A stretch of DNA of 64,000 nucleotides from NCBI GenBank assembly GCA_951406725.2, contig OX597833.1, forward strand, positions 31,868,001 to 31,932,000, given 5' to 3'. The notes under the pieces were generated by a model that made no database searches, was not told the origin of the DNA, and worked only from the letters and a program-made list of their open reading frames with translations. The stretch is from Octopus vulgaris (taxonomy: Eukaryota). The position numbers and the translations under genes are program-made. This document shows positions 27,147 through 39,789 of this stretch, one piece after another. Positions within the stretch are counted from its first letter, which is position 1, and every line of letters starts with the position of its first letter.

Positions 27147-27610
27147 TAAACAAAAACAACAACAACAAAAACAAAATACAAATTACATGAACGTATATAA
27201 ACAGAAGATACAAATATTACAAGCATCCCCCACATACACACACTAAATAAACATAGACGCACATAGAGATATAAGCATGCGCAAATGAAGACATACAATA
27301 GAAATACAAAATGGCTGACGGTTAGTAAGGAGAGACACAAATAAGAAAGAAGAAAACAAAGGACCACTGATGCAGTCACAGGAGTGTGACGAAAGAACTC
27401 TGGCCGAAATAAGATTAAGATTAATGTAAAAAATAAATAACACTGAAGCAAAGTAACACCAAATATATAGTGCATGTGTTTTTATTGGCTAAACTGGCAA
27501 AATGACCATTCCGAAATATAACAATATCTGTTTCAACACACGACTTCACATAAAAAATCTTGCACAACAAATATTTAAACGTATATATATGTATATATAT
27601 ATATATATAA

Positions 27611-28883
27611 CACCCTAATGGGAGCCTTAACTCCCAAATTTTAGTCATTTCTTTTATGATCCAAAACTAGGTCAAAAGTACTGAATGGATCTTTATGAAA
27701 TTTGGATATTATATGCATAAGGACCACAACTCCCATGACAATTCATATATTTTTGCTGTTAATGAAATTTTAACCATAGATATTAGACACAAATGAAGTA
27801 ATTTTTATAAAATTTCATCTTCTTACAAGTTAGAAAGACCTCTCTAAGGGGACTTAACACCCACAATTTTGTCATTTTATCTAAGCTAAAACGAATACAG
27901 TTGTGCTCTTGGAAGCTGTAGGGTTACCCGAGCATAAAAGTTGGGCATTATTTCTAATTCAATGGTACAACAGCGTAACAGTTTGCTTTGACATACACTT
28001 ACATTGTGATTTCTGCAATGTGGTGCATAAATTGTCAAGTAAATGAGAGGCATCTTTGCTTCCACTGATTCAGTTGCAAAGTGTTGAGTAAAGTTATTTG
28101 ATTGCACACCTCCTTTCAGTCTTTTTATTATCACTGGGTCACACATAATCCCCAGATGGTAACATTAATTTCAAGGCCTTCCCAGATGAGTGACTGGTTA
28201 TTCAAAGACATTTATAGATTGTAAATTTATCTGTCCAGTTACGTATGAGTATAATGGTCATTTGCAAACCCCAGAGGTGACACTTTAATTTCTCCTTAGC
28301 CCTCATGTCACAGTTGTTAATGTTGATTTCAGTTGGCTCATGCCCTTCCAATTGCTATAGATTTGTAATGCATCTTATGGCTGTGCGTGTCACCTGGATG
28401 CTGAGGATTCCTACACTGGGAGTGGTAACAACTAGGGTAGGGTAACTGACTGCTTATAGTGATCATTTGTCTTTTGGTTTCCTGTAGCTTTGCTCTCTTT
28501 CCTATTTCAAAGAAATTCAAACAATAGATATAAGACCCAAGTTAAAAAGATTCTCAACAATTCAACTTCTCTGGTTGACATTAAGATGCCCACCCCCAAC
28601 AGGGGCCTTTACTCTCACATTTTAGAGCAACATAACCTTCATTTTTCAGGAGCAAAATCTTTTTAACAGGTTCAGTAAGACTGGAATTTTGGAATATGCG
28701 CATAAAAATCAGTAGTATGGGATACATGTAGCATGATTACAATTTTTTTAGGATGTGTAAAGAGGGAAATAACCCTCATCTGCAATTTTGATGAAATTTG
28801 AAACATAAATATTCCACTTCATTACAGAAAATATAACAGAAAAGTCTAATTCTTCAATTGAATGTAACCGGGCAACTCTGCTA

Positions 28884-28884
<1 letters not shown>
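27611..28884 (+). mobile_element. Helitron 3' portion, copy 1
   Basis: Ends AACCGGGCAAC..CTAG|T (hairpin partly deleted); colinear with 57611-58916. Confidence 0.7.
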
Positions 28885-28941
<57 letters not shown>

Positions 28942-28944
<3 letters not shown>

Positions 28945-30219
28945 GGTTGGCAACTAAGTACCTGCCAATTTTTTAACTTTTGGAATTTATTGTGTTTTTA
29001 AATGTTGGAATCTATTTTATTTGAGAATTCTATTTTTGAAACATTTTGGAATCTATTTTGTTTTTTTTCTAGTTAATTTTAGTTAATTTTTTGTTTATTT
29101 TCAGATCATTACAATGGAATGTTAAATTTAGAAAAACGATCATTTTCGACATCTCCTTCTTTTCACTTTTAATCAAGGTTCTTAGGTAGCAAAAGCTGCT
29201 CGCAACGTTTGTGCTGTGTATGGAGAGGGTGCCATAACTGAAAGAACCACTCATGATTGGTATGCCAAGTTCAAAAATGGAAATTTTGACCTCAAAGACG
29301 CACCTCATTCTGGCCGCCCAGTTGAGTTCGATGAAGAGTGATTAAACCGACTTTTTCAAACAAGTAGGGAACTGGTAGAGAAAATGGAATGCTCCCACAC
29401 TGCTATAGAGAAGCATCTTCACTCGATAGGAAAGGTTCAGAAGTATGGAGCATGGGTTCTGCATGCTTTAAGTGACAACAACAAAAATCAACGAGTCACG
29501 ATCTCTGCTGGTTTGCTTGCTCGTCACCACTCAACTCCTGGACACAAGCAATGATTTCTTTACAGAATCGTTACTGGTGACGAAAAATGGTTCCTGTATA
29601 TCAATATGAAGCAGTGTAGGGAAGGGCTTAGCCTCAGTAAACAAGCAACAACGCGCGTGAAACAAGATCTTCATCCGCATAAAATGATGTTGTGCATATG
29701 GTGGGACTGGGAAAGGATTATCCATTATGAATTGCTTGGACAGAACCAAACAGTCAACATGGAACTCTATGGTCAACAGATGGAATGACTCGACACAGCT
29801 GTTCAAGAGAGAAGACCTAATCGGTAGCATGGAGTTCTGCTGCACGACAACACCTGCCCTCATATCACCAATATGACCAAGGAAGACATTCAAATACATG
29901 GCTGCGAAATGCTGCCACACCCGCTGTACTCTCCTGATTTGGCACCAATGGATTTCCTCTTCTTTCGATTACTTTCAAATGCTATGCGTAGAGTTTCATT
30001 CAATACTGATGCAGAATTGAGAGCTTGGTTGGATCAATTTTTCAAGTCGAAATCGGGCGATTTCTAGCAATGAGGTATTGAAAATTTTGTTGAACATTGG
30101 GAAGAAGTTGTAAGCAACAGGGGGGGAATACATTATTGAATAATTAGTTGTTATTTTTTATTAAACCTTTTAAAAAATATAAATTTAAAAACACAGCGGG
30201 AACTTAGTTGCCAACCCAA
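28942..30219 (+). mobile_element. Full-length mariner (mellifera-like TIR), decayed
   Basis: TIR TTGGGTTGGCAACTAAGT / ACTTAGTTGCCAACCCAA inside (TA)n; HFRHLLLF, SGRP, WVLH, VTGDEKW, HDN, HPLYSPDLAPMDF. Confidence 0.93.
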
Positions 30220-30228
30220 TATATATAT

Positions 30229-30397
30229 AGGCACAGGAGTGGCTGTGTGGTAAGTAGCTTGCCTACCAACCACATGGTTCCAGGTTCAGTCCCACTGCAT
30301 AGCACCTTGGGCAAGTGTCTTCTACTATAGCCTCGGGCCAACCAAAAACCTTGTGAGTGGATTTGGTAGACGGAAACTGAAAGAAGCCTGTCGCATT

Positions 30398-30452
<55 letters not shown>

Positions 30453-30685
30453 TTATGTATGTGTGTGTATATGTTTGTGTGTCTGTGTTTGTCCTCCCAA
30501 CATCGCTTGACAACCGATGCTGGTGTGTTTACGTCCCCGTAACTTAGCGGTTTAGCAAAAGAAACTGATAGAATAAGTACTAGGCTTACAAAGAATAAGT
30601 CCTGCGGTCGATTTGCTTGACTAAAGGCGGTACTCCAGCATGGCTGCAGTCAAATGACTGAAACAAGGAAAAGAGTAAGGAGTAA
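30229..30685 (+). mobile_element. tRNA-derived SINE with CORE-like domain (second family)
   Basis: GGCACAGGAGTGGCTGTGTGGTAAG..GGTTCAGTCCC (A/B boxes), GCACCTTGGGCAAGTG; related pieces at 32968-33110, 50297-50430, 51950-52232(-), 57267-57440. Confidence 0.85.
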
Positions 30686-30749
30686 TATATATAAAGACTT
30701 ACTTGGAAATGGATGTGTAGCATTCAGTTAAATGATAATATAAATAATA

Positions 30750-30985
30750 TCTCTATATATAAAACTGAGAATGTGTGTCTGTCTGTCTGTGTGTTTCCCC
30801 TAAACTTGAGAACTACACAACCAATTTCATTCAAATTTTACACATGCCTTACTTAGGGTCCATGTAGTGTCATGGGCAAAAAAAATGTTTAACTTCTTGC
30901 CTAGAGCGAGCCCACAGCAATATCATATCTTCTCCACTATTTCAGTATTACGTGTTAAAAGTGAAACAAAAACATCTCTTTATTG

Positions 30986-31023
<38 letters not shown>

Positions 31024-31968
31024 AATATAAAGTTATATCTTGAGATCGTTAGTGACAACAACATTCAAAATATATAACAGACTGGAATAGTAGTGCTCAA
31101 ATGAGCTGTATACACTTTTTAATCTGAGCAACTTCAAGAGCACTACAAAATCCACAGAAAGATCAAACACATACATATATTCATATATTCATTTATATCT
31201 AGAGAACAGACATAAAGCCCGATGTTTAGAAATATATAGTAATATATAAATATATAAACATCATATAAAAATATATTGTACGCATAAGATCCACTTGACG
31301 TTCCATAAGAAATTTAGAAATAAAAATTGCAATAAAAGTTAGAGGTAATAATAACAATTGAATTAAATATAGTAAATATAGTAAGTAGTAATTAAAATAA
31401 AACTATAGTATGGTAATTAAATCGTAATATAACAATTAAAAGAAAAAATAGCAATTAGTATAAAATGTATCAAGGACTTGAACTGGAATATGTGGCTTTG
31501 CATGAATGGGAGAAATTAAAAGATGAAAAATTTAATTGAGTGCAGAAGTGAATTAGTCCAGATGGAGCTGTGTGCATACCATTTACTATAGCTGCTAGAT
31601 TGAATTATATGCTTATAAAGTAGCATTCAGTATCTATGAGAATTCTTGGGAGTACATAATGTCTGGTCTTTTGCATGTAGCAGGTATGTAATTGTGCATT
31701 TGTTTCCATGTACTATGTGTTGCGTGTAAAAAACATCCTGACAAGGGGAGTGCCAATTTTAAATATGTGATGTGTTTCATATTAATCTCCGAAACGGCCC
31801 GTAGATGAACTTTTATGTATTTTTGTAAATTTGTATATTTATCTTCTATGTATTTTTCTCTGGAATTTTAATTCGCCTTTTTCATATGTTTTATTACCCC
31901 AAATTTTTAATTTAACAAATTTATACCAAACGAGCACTATGACCTGGCAACGCCGGGTCATAATGCTA

Positions 31969-31969
<1 letters not shown>
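30750..31969 (+). mobile_element. Complete non-autonomous Helitron
   Basis: 5' A|TC, internal (GTCT)n, 3' hairpin TATGACCTGGCAACGCCGGGTCATA then CTAG|T; homologous 5' halves at 23082, 47022 and 50877. Confidence 0.85.
31734..31807 (+). ncRNA. Hammerhead-ribozyme-like motif (Penelope type) inside the Helitron
   Basis: CATC-CTGACAA-..GGAG...CTCC-GAA-ACGG-C-CCGT-A-GATG: stems I, II and III all pair; GUA cleavage triplet; core has A in place of G8. Confidence 0.6.
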
Positions 31970-32011
<42 letters not shown>

Positions 32012-32076
32012 TATATATGTGCATAAATATTAATATTTCTAAGTCTCTCTAAAGGAGACTATGGCAGCGGTACTGG

Positions 32077-32554
32077 ATATTAATAGTTAGCGCGAAGCTA
32101 ACATAGCAGTTTAAAAAAATAGGATGAATGCTGCTGTTGATTAGCTCCAAGGGGCCATTGCTTCTAGCTAGCTATGTGACACATGAACTTGTGTCCATTA
32201 TAACCTTCGAACAGGGGAGGTCAGTCACTTCCCCTTGCAGGTCTGACATCTACAGACTAGTTTCAGGGTATTTGCCCCTTATCAGTGTAGAGCAGCCGAA
32301 CCAGACAGGCGTCGCTACTGACTGTCTGCCTGGTTTGGCTGCTCTACATTGATAAGGGGCAAATACCCTGAAGCTAGTCTGAGATGTCAGACCTGCAAGG
32401 GGAAGTGACTGACCTCCCTGTTCGAAGGTTATAATGGACACAGGTTCATGTGTCATGTAGCTAGCTAGAGGCGATGGCCTCTTGGAGCTAATCAACGACA
32501 GCATTCGTCCTATTTTTCTGGACTGCCATGTTAGCTTTGCGTAACTATTAATAT
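32077..32554. mobile_element. Palindromic Penelope-like terminal repeat pair with a hammerhead motif in each arm
   Basis: ~235-bp inverted arms; minus strand 32250-32290 reads CTACA-CTGATAA-GGG GCAAATA CCC-T-GAA-ACTAGT-C-TGTAG. Confidence 0.65.
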
Positions 32555-32564
32555 ATATATATTA

Positions 32565-32910
32565 TATATATGCATATATGGGTATAGGATGTCACCAACA
32601 GTAAACAACACGTAATACAAAAACAAATGAGTTAAATACGCAAATAACAAGAGAAAAAATGGAAAACAGGATACAAAGGATACAAAGAACAACCCTTCAT
32701 CAGTTGTTGGCTGTCTATCTACTCCCCTACTCGAAATGGAGAGTAGATAGACAGCTGACAACTGATGAAGGGTCGTTCTTTGTATCCTTTGTATTACTTG
32801 TCCTGTTTTCCATTTTTTCTCCTCGTTATTTGCATATTTAACTCATTTGTTTTGTATTTCATGTTGTTTACTGTTGGTGATGTCCTGTACCCATATATGC
32901 ATATATATAT
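32565..32910. repeat. Second palindromic element (~160-bp arms) in (TA)n
   Basis: 32565-32724 is inverted at 32740-32910; contains ACTGATGAAGGG. Confidence 0.75.
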
Positions 32911-33157
32911 ATACATACACATATATATATATACATATATATATTATTTATATTTTATATATATATATTGTGGTTAGGGAGCTTGCTTCCTAGCTACATG
33001 GTTTCGGGTTCAGTCCTACTGCGTGGCACTTTGGGTAGGTGTCTTCCACTATAGCCCCGAGCCGACCGGAGCTTTGTGATTGAATTCGGTAGGTGGAAGT
33101 TACTGCCGTGTGTGTATGTGTGCGTATAGCTGCTCAGTGCCTCTCCGAAAGAGAGAG

Positions 33158-33213
<56 letters not shown>

Positions 33214-33330
33214 AAAATTTTATAAAAGGTGTGTTATGAGTATTTATAGAACATGTATCGTATATAAACTCAACAAACAATTAAAGATGGAGAAGAGAAG
33301 ATGTTAAAAGTTTTATAAAATTTTAATCCA

Positions 33331-33442
33331 TGCATGCAATTGTTTCGAATGGTAGCACCATGTAAGAAACATGGAAAAAATTAAATTAATTATAATTATA
33401 ATTAAATTAATTTAATTACATATTACCATTCTTCTCAGGGCA
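33331..33442 (-). ncRNA. Hammerhead-ribozyme-like motif with extended stem II
   Basis: Minus strand: TGCC-CTGAGAA-GAATGGTA...TACCATTC-GAA-ACAATTGC-A-TGCA; perfect 8-bp stem II, near-palindromic stem III. Confidence 0.5.
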
Positions 33443-33764
33443 AAAAGAAGAATACATAAGAAAGGTAGTGTCAGAAGAATATTACAGAAGCCTATATGGA
33501 GTCTGTGTCACATAACTTGTTCGGATATTCATAAAATGATTATAAAAGATGAAATATAATAACATGCTTAGGTAGTGTTGAGTATAAGAACTAAAACTGT
33601 TTTGAAATATAAGTGAAAAAGTTTTAAGAAACATTCTCTCTATATGAGGATAATTAATATAGTGAAATACTTACCATATAAAGCATTTATCATAAGGAAT
33701 AATTAATATTATATTTATATATATATATATATACACACACACAAACATACACATACTCAGACAC

Positions 33765-33811
<47 letters not shown>

Positions 33812-33929
33812 CATACATACATATATACAATAAATATATACATACACATACATATACACATACATGCAGGTACCCACACAATACATACATACATAAGCAC
33901 ATATACATATGTGCTTATGGATATCTCAC

Positions 33930-35640
33930 TGATTCATTAGGAAACAGAATTACCAAAATTACACACTGCTCCTTTGTGGATGACTTAAAACTTTATGCAA
34001 AGAATATGCATGAGATGAAAAAGAGCCTTGACCTAGTTACAACATCCTCAAAGGATGTAGGGTTAGAGTTTGGTCAGGATGTTCTATCAATGATTTGACT
34101 GTTTCCCCTGTATCTGATGAGCAATGTTACAGGTATCTATGGGTGGATGAAAATATATCTTACAGTGGCACCTGCAACAAAATACATGTCACTAAAGAAT
34201 ATTATAGCCAAATAAAGAAAATTTGGATCTCAGAACTCTCTGCATTCAATAAAACAGTGGCCCACAATGTGTTTGCAGTGCCAGTACTCATACCAACATT
34301 TGGGCTGCTTCATTGGACGCTTGATGAGATCCAAGCCATTCATGTGAAAATCCACAAGCCCACATAATTTCTGCATAAACAGTGACATAGACTGCCTCTA
34401 CCTAAAACATAAACACGGCAGCAGAGGCCTAACATCAATCCAAAATACCTTTGAATGTTGCATCATATCCCTTTGGCAACATCTTTTAACCACCAAGCAT
34501 TGAAGTGAATCCCTTGAGCAAGTTTGCATACATGAGGCTGATAACATCATAAGACTTGGAAGGCAGCTCCTTGAGCAACACTCTTTGTCTGATAACCTAG
34601 AATACTTGCTCAAAGAAATCACACTACTGCAACGTATCATCAGAGGAAAGGATGAGCCTATATGAACAGAAGACTATGCATGCTCCGTGGTGATAGTAAC
34701 ATTGATCATCAAAGTAGTTTATCATAGATGAATAGCCGGATTACTATCTCCCACTTTGAAGGGTATGCGTTTGCAATCCAGGAACAGGAAATATCAACCA
34801 AGTACTTGATGCACAAAAGGGATAGAGATGCAAAAAAAGCAGTAAAATGTGACAACCGAGGCAGACTTTGTGGAGTTCACACTGAAGACATCACCCACAT
34901 CATAAGCAGTTGTCCGAAAATGTCATCATGGTATTATCTACCGATGAGACATAATGTTGTAGCTAGGACACTCTATAATGAAATCAGTCGGAAGGATAAT
35001 CCCAAGGACAAAGAAATAAAGACCCACAATATGGTAGAAGCCATAGCTACTCATAATGAAAAGGAATACTGGTGGATTGTACCAGTGAAGACCTCAATAA
35101 AATGTAAGCACTACAGACCTGATATAATGATTTGGGATAGAGAAGAGAAACTGTGCACAGTTGTGGAAATTAGCTGCCCAGTGCATGTTAATATAAAGTG
35201 AAAAAGAGAACACCTATCCTGAACTATTGAGAAACCTGTAGTCACTCTATCCAGATTATGAGTTCAGGCTTATGCCTGTAAATATCGGGGTCTTGGGATA
35301 GGTGACACACTACCTAAATACCAATCTTGAGAAATTAGGCTTCTCAAAACCTGAAGGGAGAAAGGTAATTCGAAGACTATAGATCCAATCCATCACTGGA
35401 ACTCTAAATATCTTTAAAGCTTTCCAGAAGTTTATCATTTAAATATATATGAGCATGTCTAGATATGTAACTATATGCATGAGAATACATACATAATACA
35501 TACAAATTTGCACATACATACATACATACAAAAATACCCTGTTGTTGATGTTGAAATTCCAATGAAGGAACTTTGGATCTTGGTTAGAAACTGGTCCTTT
35601 CTCTATTGGCAAGAAATCTTGAAATAAACTGAATAATGAC
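33930..35640 (+). mobile_element. R4/Dong-like non-LTR retrotransposon (restriction-like endonuclease), 5'-truncated
   Basis: FVDDLKLY, YRYL, AIQEQEI.TK, (C)RLC..EDITHIISSC, RHNVVA, RPDIMIWD..VVEISCP (PD-(D/E)xK-type RLE). Confidence 0.85.
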
Positions 35641-35843
35641 ATATATACATACAGGCATACAGACAAACAGACATTGATATATTTCATACTAAGCTAAGAA
35701 GTGATGTATGGTACCAGATGGATGTATTTCTTATTATGTATTACACAAACCTGGAACATAGGTGTTAAATGATGTAAAAATATCACTCTTTGGTTTGACT
35801 TCATTATTACAAATATGTGTGTGTGTGTGTGTATATAAATATA

Positions 35844-37051
35844 CAGGGATTGGACAAAATAATGGAAACAACTTAAAATTTCAAACAAATTTATTTTAAT
35901 ATGGGTTAGGACTGCCTTGGCAGTAATTATAGCTTGAATTTTATAAGGTATGGATTCATACAAAGTTTAAATTGTTTCCAAAGGAATTTTTGTCCATTCT
36001 TCAACTAAAACAGTCTCTAGTTCTTGTAGTGATGATGGTGGAGGATATCAACTCCTTACTTGTTTTTCTAAAATGCACCATAAATGTTCAATAATATTGA
36101 GATCTAGGGACTGTGGTGGCAAGATAAGATGTTTAACTTCAATAGAATGTTCCTCATGCCATTCAGTAACAACTTTAGCTGTGTGAATTGCTGCATTATC
36201 ATCCTGAAAGATTGCGTTTCCCGCCAGAAACAGTTCCACAACCATAGGAAGAATTTGATCAAATAAAATACTTAACTAGTCTTGACTATTAATTCTGCCA
36301 TGAAGGGAAACCATTAGGCCGGCAGATTTCCAAGATAAACCCCCCACCCCGATCATTACAGATGCTCCTCCATGTTTAACGGTTGGAAGAAGGTGCTGGT
36401 GGTTGGAAATAAGGTAAAGGATGACTCATCCAAGAAAATAACATTCTTCCACTGCTCTACGGATCAATTTTTACTCCACTCTCAACGCTTTGCAACATTT
36501 GTTTTTGAAAGTAGTGGTTTTCTGATTGCAGCCCTTCCATGAAATTTGGCTTTGTGCTGCTCCTGGCGGACAGTTTTTGTGAAAACTGGGTTCTCAAGGT
36601 GGTCATTAAGCTCTGCAGTAATTTTGGGAGCTGTACATTTGTATCCTTTCTAACAATTCACGTAAGAATCCAATAGCCCCTATCTGAAAGTTTTGGTTTT
36701 CTTCTGGAGTTTTGTTTTGACGTGGAGGTTTTTCCCTCTTTCTTAAAGGCTGTCATTACTTTTGTGACAGTACTTCTTGATACACCTAACATTTCAGCTG
36801 TTTTCATTACGCTAGCACCTGCTATATGAGCACCAACAATTTGATCTCTTTGAAAGTCTGATAAATTTGTCATTTTAATGAATTTTAGTTACCTTTTTCT
36901 GATGATATCTGAAAAGAAACAGTAATTTTAGCAAAACATATTTAGCAACACTAATAATAAATTAAAAAGCATAAAAATAAATAAGCTTTTGATGGTTTTA
37001 TAGATATATCAAAATTATGATGCTAGGTGTTTCCATTATTTTGTCCAACCC

Positions 37052-37054
<3 letters not shown>
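35844..37054 (-). mobile_element. Tc1-like transposon with DD36E spacing (Incomer-type), decayed
   Basis: TIR CAGGG(A/G)TTGGACAAAATAATGGAAACA, TA TSD; MTNLSDFQRDQIVGA N-terminus; FQDDN...LNIIE with 36 residues between D and E. Confidence 0.9.
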
Positions 37055-37097
<43 letters not shown>

Positions 37098-37572
37098 ATA
37101 TATATATATATGTATATATATATGATTGACTCTACTATCAAAGATGCCATATGAGTATTAAGCTTTTGCTGAATGACCTGCTCATTCTCTCAAACAAATC
37201 AACATTGCCTGAGCAGGTGCACAGTCTATCACACATCAGGTGTTGAAGTGATCGCAGAGCAATGTGAGATAAAGTGTTTTGCTCAAGAACATAATGTGCC
37301 ACATGGTCTAGGAATTGAAAGCATGACTTTGTGATTGTGAGAGCAACACCCTAACCACTAGACACTCAAAAAGAGTGTTAGAATTTATGAAGAAATCAGC
37401 TATTTCATTGCAATGAAGTCTTCATATAAACTCATCAGATTTTGTAACTTTGCAAGACAGGGAACTGGAATACACCCCCAGTATGCAATGGAAAAAAAAT
37501 CATATTGGAAAACTTACTGTAAATTCGAACATATTATTGTATAACTTATAATTTGCTCTGCATTACTTTTCT

Positions 37573-37616
<44 letters not shown>

Positions 37617-37924
37617 CATGGAAACAACAGATGAGACTGAAAGATCTGAACGTTGCTGATGACATTGTCCTGCTGCCTGAAGATAATAAAATGCTCCAAC
37701 AACTCACATTCAGAGGTAGAACAAAATGCTGGAAAGATTGCTCTGAGAATTAGGTGCAGAAGACCAAAACACTGAACATTACAAACGATGACAGTTAAAC
37801 AACAAGAATCATAAAGATCAATCAAAAATAAACTGCATTAATAGACTGCATTATATTTTTGTTTAGATATTTATTTATTTTAATAATTTGTGTGATAGAC
37901 GCAAATTATTAAAATAAATTAAAT

Positions 37925-38910
37925 AGCCTTTGCAGGCCCTTTATGATAGATGGAATTCACTGACATATTTGAAAGTTGTTGACTGCAGGGAAAAGTGTGT
38001 GCAGGCAAGGAACTCCAGTGGACTAACATTCTGGGAATGAAAGACTAGACATTGTAGTTAGATGTGGGGCCTGAAGAGTGGGGTATGTGAACAAAATGTG
38101 GATGACCAGAAGAGAGAAACAAGTCTGGCATTCTTGAGAGGAGGTGGTGCAAAGCCAGCCACCTGTAATGAGACCAGATCATTGATGTAGCAGTCGAAAG
38201 GGGAGAGAGAGAGAGGAGATTGCACATGTGTGACCCAGAGCTAGAAGTTAAAGTGTGTTTGTAAGATACTTTATGCCAACCAATCAGATGGCCTTTCTGT
38301 GGATGCAGTATGTGTGTGGCAGCAGCACTGTCTTACAAGTGAACTTTATAGAAGTTAATAGTTGATTTGGAAAGGGTTAGTCTTTGAGATTCAGTCTTAC
38401 CTATGCTGGAGATGTTCACCAGGAGAGATATTCCCCAGTGAATTATTTTTTCTCTGTTTGCCTAGTCTCCATTATAAGGTATTTCAGTTCAAAACCATGT
38501 GAACATGTTGAGCAATGTGAAAATCACTAGTGATGTGATAAGGCCATTATAAATGAGTGAAGAAGACTAGCTATATGCAGGAAGAATATAAGTCAGGTTG
38601 AAGGAAGTTTTAGGGAAGGAGTGTTTGTCCTATGGCAGGATGTGAAGAGCAAGATGGACTGGTGGTAAGGTGGCTGTGTTTGCCAACAAGCTCAGAAGAT
38701 TGGTAGGGTTAGCTGGACATGCTGCAGGAGAGCAGCATGTGTTTAGAAGAGGAAAGAGAATGAATGCAACCTTTCAAGGGGCAGTGCTACAGATATTGTA
38801 TGTGGGATATGGTCACAGGCTGCAAAAACTCAAAGCTGAAATTGACCTGTTACTAGTGTGACCAGGCTGGTCATAAAGCAATCCACAGCAGTCAGGGAAA
38901 TGGTGGACGT
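37925..38910 (-). mobile_element. Highly decayed CR1/L2-like LINE fragment
   Basis: Minus strand near 37985-38050 reads SFIPRMLVHWSSLPAHTFP, a typical CR1/L2-group ORF2 C-terminal motif; the rest is only loosely readable. Confidence 0.45.
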
Positions 38911-39789
38911 TGGGGTGGCTACTGTGCCCAATAGAGACATTCCTTTATTCCTGCTAGGAGAAATCTGGTTGAAACAGGCTGCACAACCACTCCAGTGACT
39001 TGTTGGATGATTGGGGTGGTTGAATAGTATAAGAGCAGTCGATGGGAGGGGAGTTCATTGGAGGGTACCTGTATTGGGAAGTTGACAGTACATTGAATGT
39101 AGATGAAGGTCAAGGTGATTGTGATAGACCATTTTGTTGGAGGGACTGATGTAGTGATGGAGATGGATGTAATTGGCAGGTTTGTTAGTGATGGAAGAGT
39201 AGAAATTGGAGTAGAAATGATGTGCTGTGTGTATGCAGTCAAAGTGAACCAGTGAGAGGTAGATATTCTTTGTAAGACTGAGGACAAAATTTTCTCTGCA
39301 GAATTTGACAGCAAGTGATGGGTGATGAAATGTTTCCAGAAGGGTGAGCCTTCAGTGCTGAAGAATAAAGTGAGCAGCTATAAGGCTGTTTGAAAGTAGG
39401 GGTGAGAACCGAATTTGAGATGGAGAGGTAGATTGACGAAGCTATTTTAATGCTTTGAGGGGAAGAGGTGGATAGTGAGGTGCTACCACTGATAACAATA
39501 AAAAAATAAAGTCCAGTCAGTGTTAGATTTCTGGGAGCTGAATGACCATGTGGCATGTCAAAATGGTAGAGAGGCCATGGATGTATGTAGGGAAACCTTG
39601 AGAGAGTGGAAACAGATGATGGAGGAGGGGGAAGTTCTTTGAAAGTATATTCAAATCAGCCTATATACAGTTTCACATGACCAAAAAGTTGTGGAAATAT
39701 CAGCTGTTGAAGATGTATTGCTTGACTAGGTTGGGATTTGGACTGAACTCTGTTAAAGATCATGGCAAGCATCCTCAAGACAATACTGA

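Noticed and set aside
30229-30300. tRNA gene candidates
   Set aside because: These are SINE heads with A/B boxes running into SINE bodies; no complete cloverleaf
32697-32775. CTGATGA core suggesting a hammerhead in the second palindrome
   Set aside because: No downstream stem II/GAAA/stem III could be built
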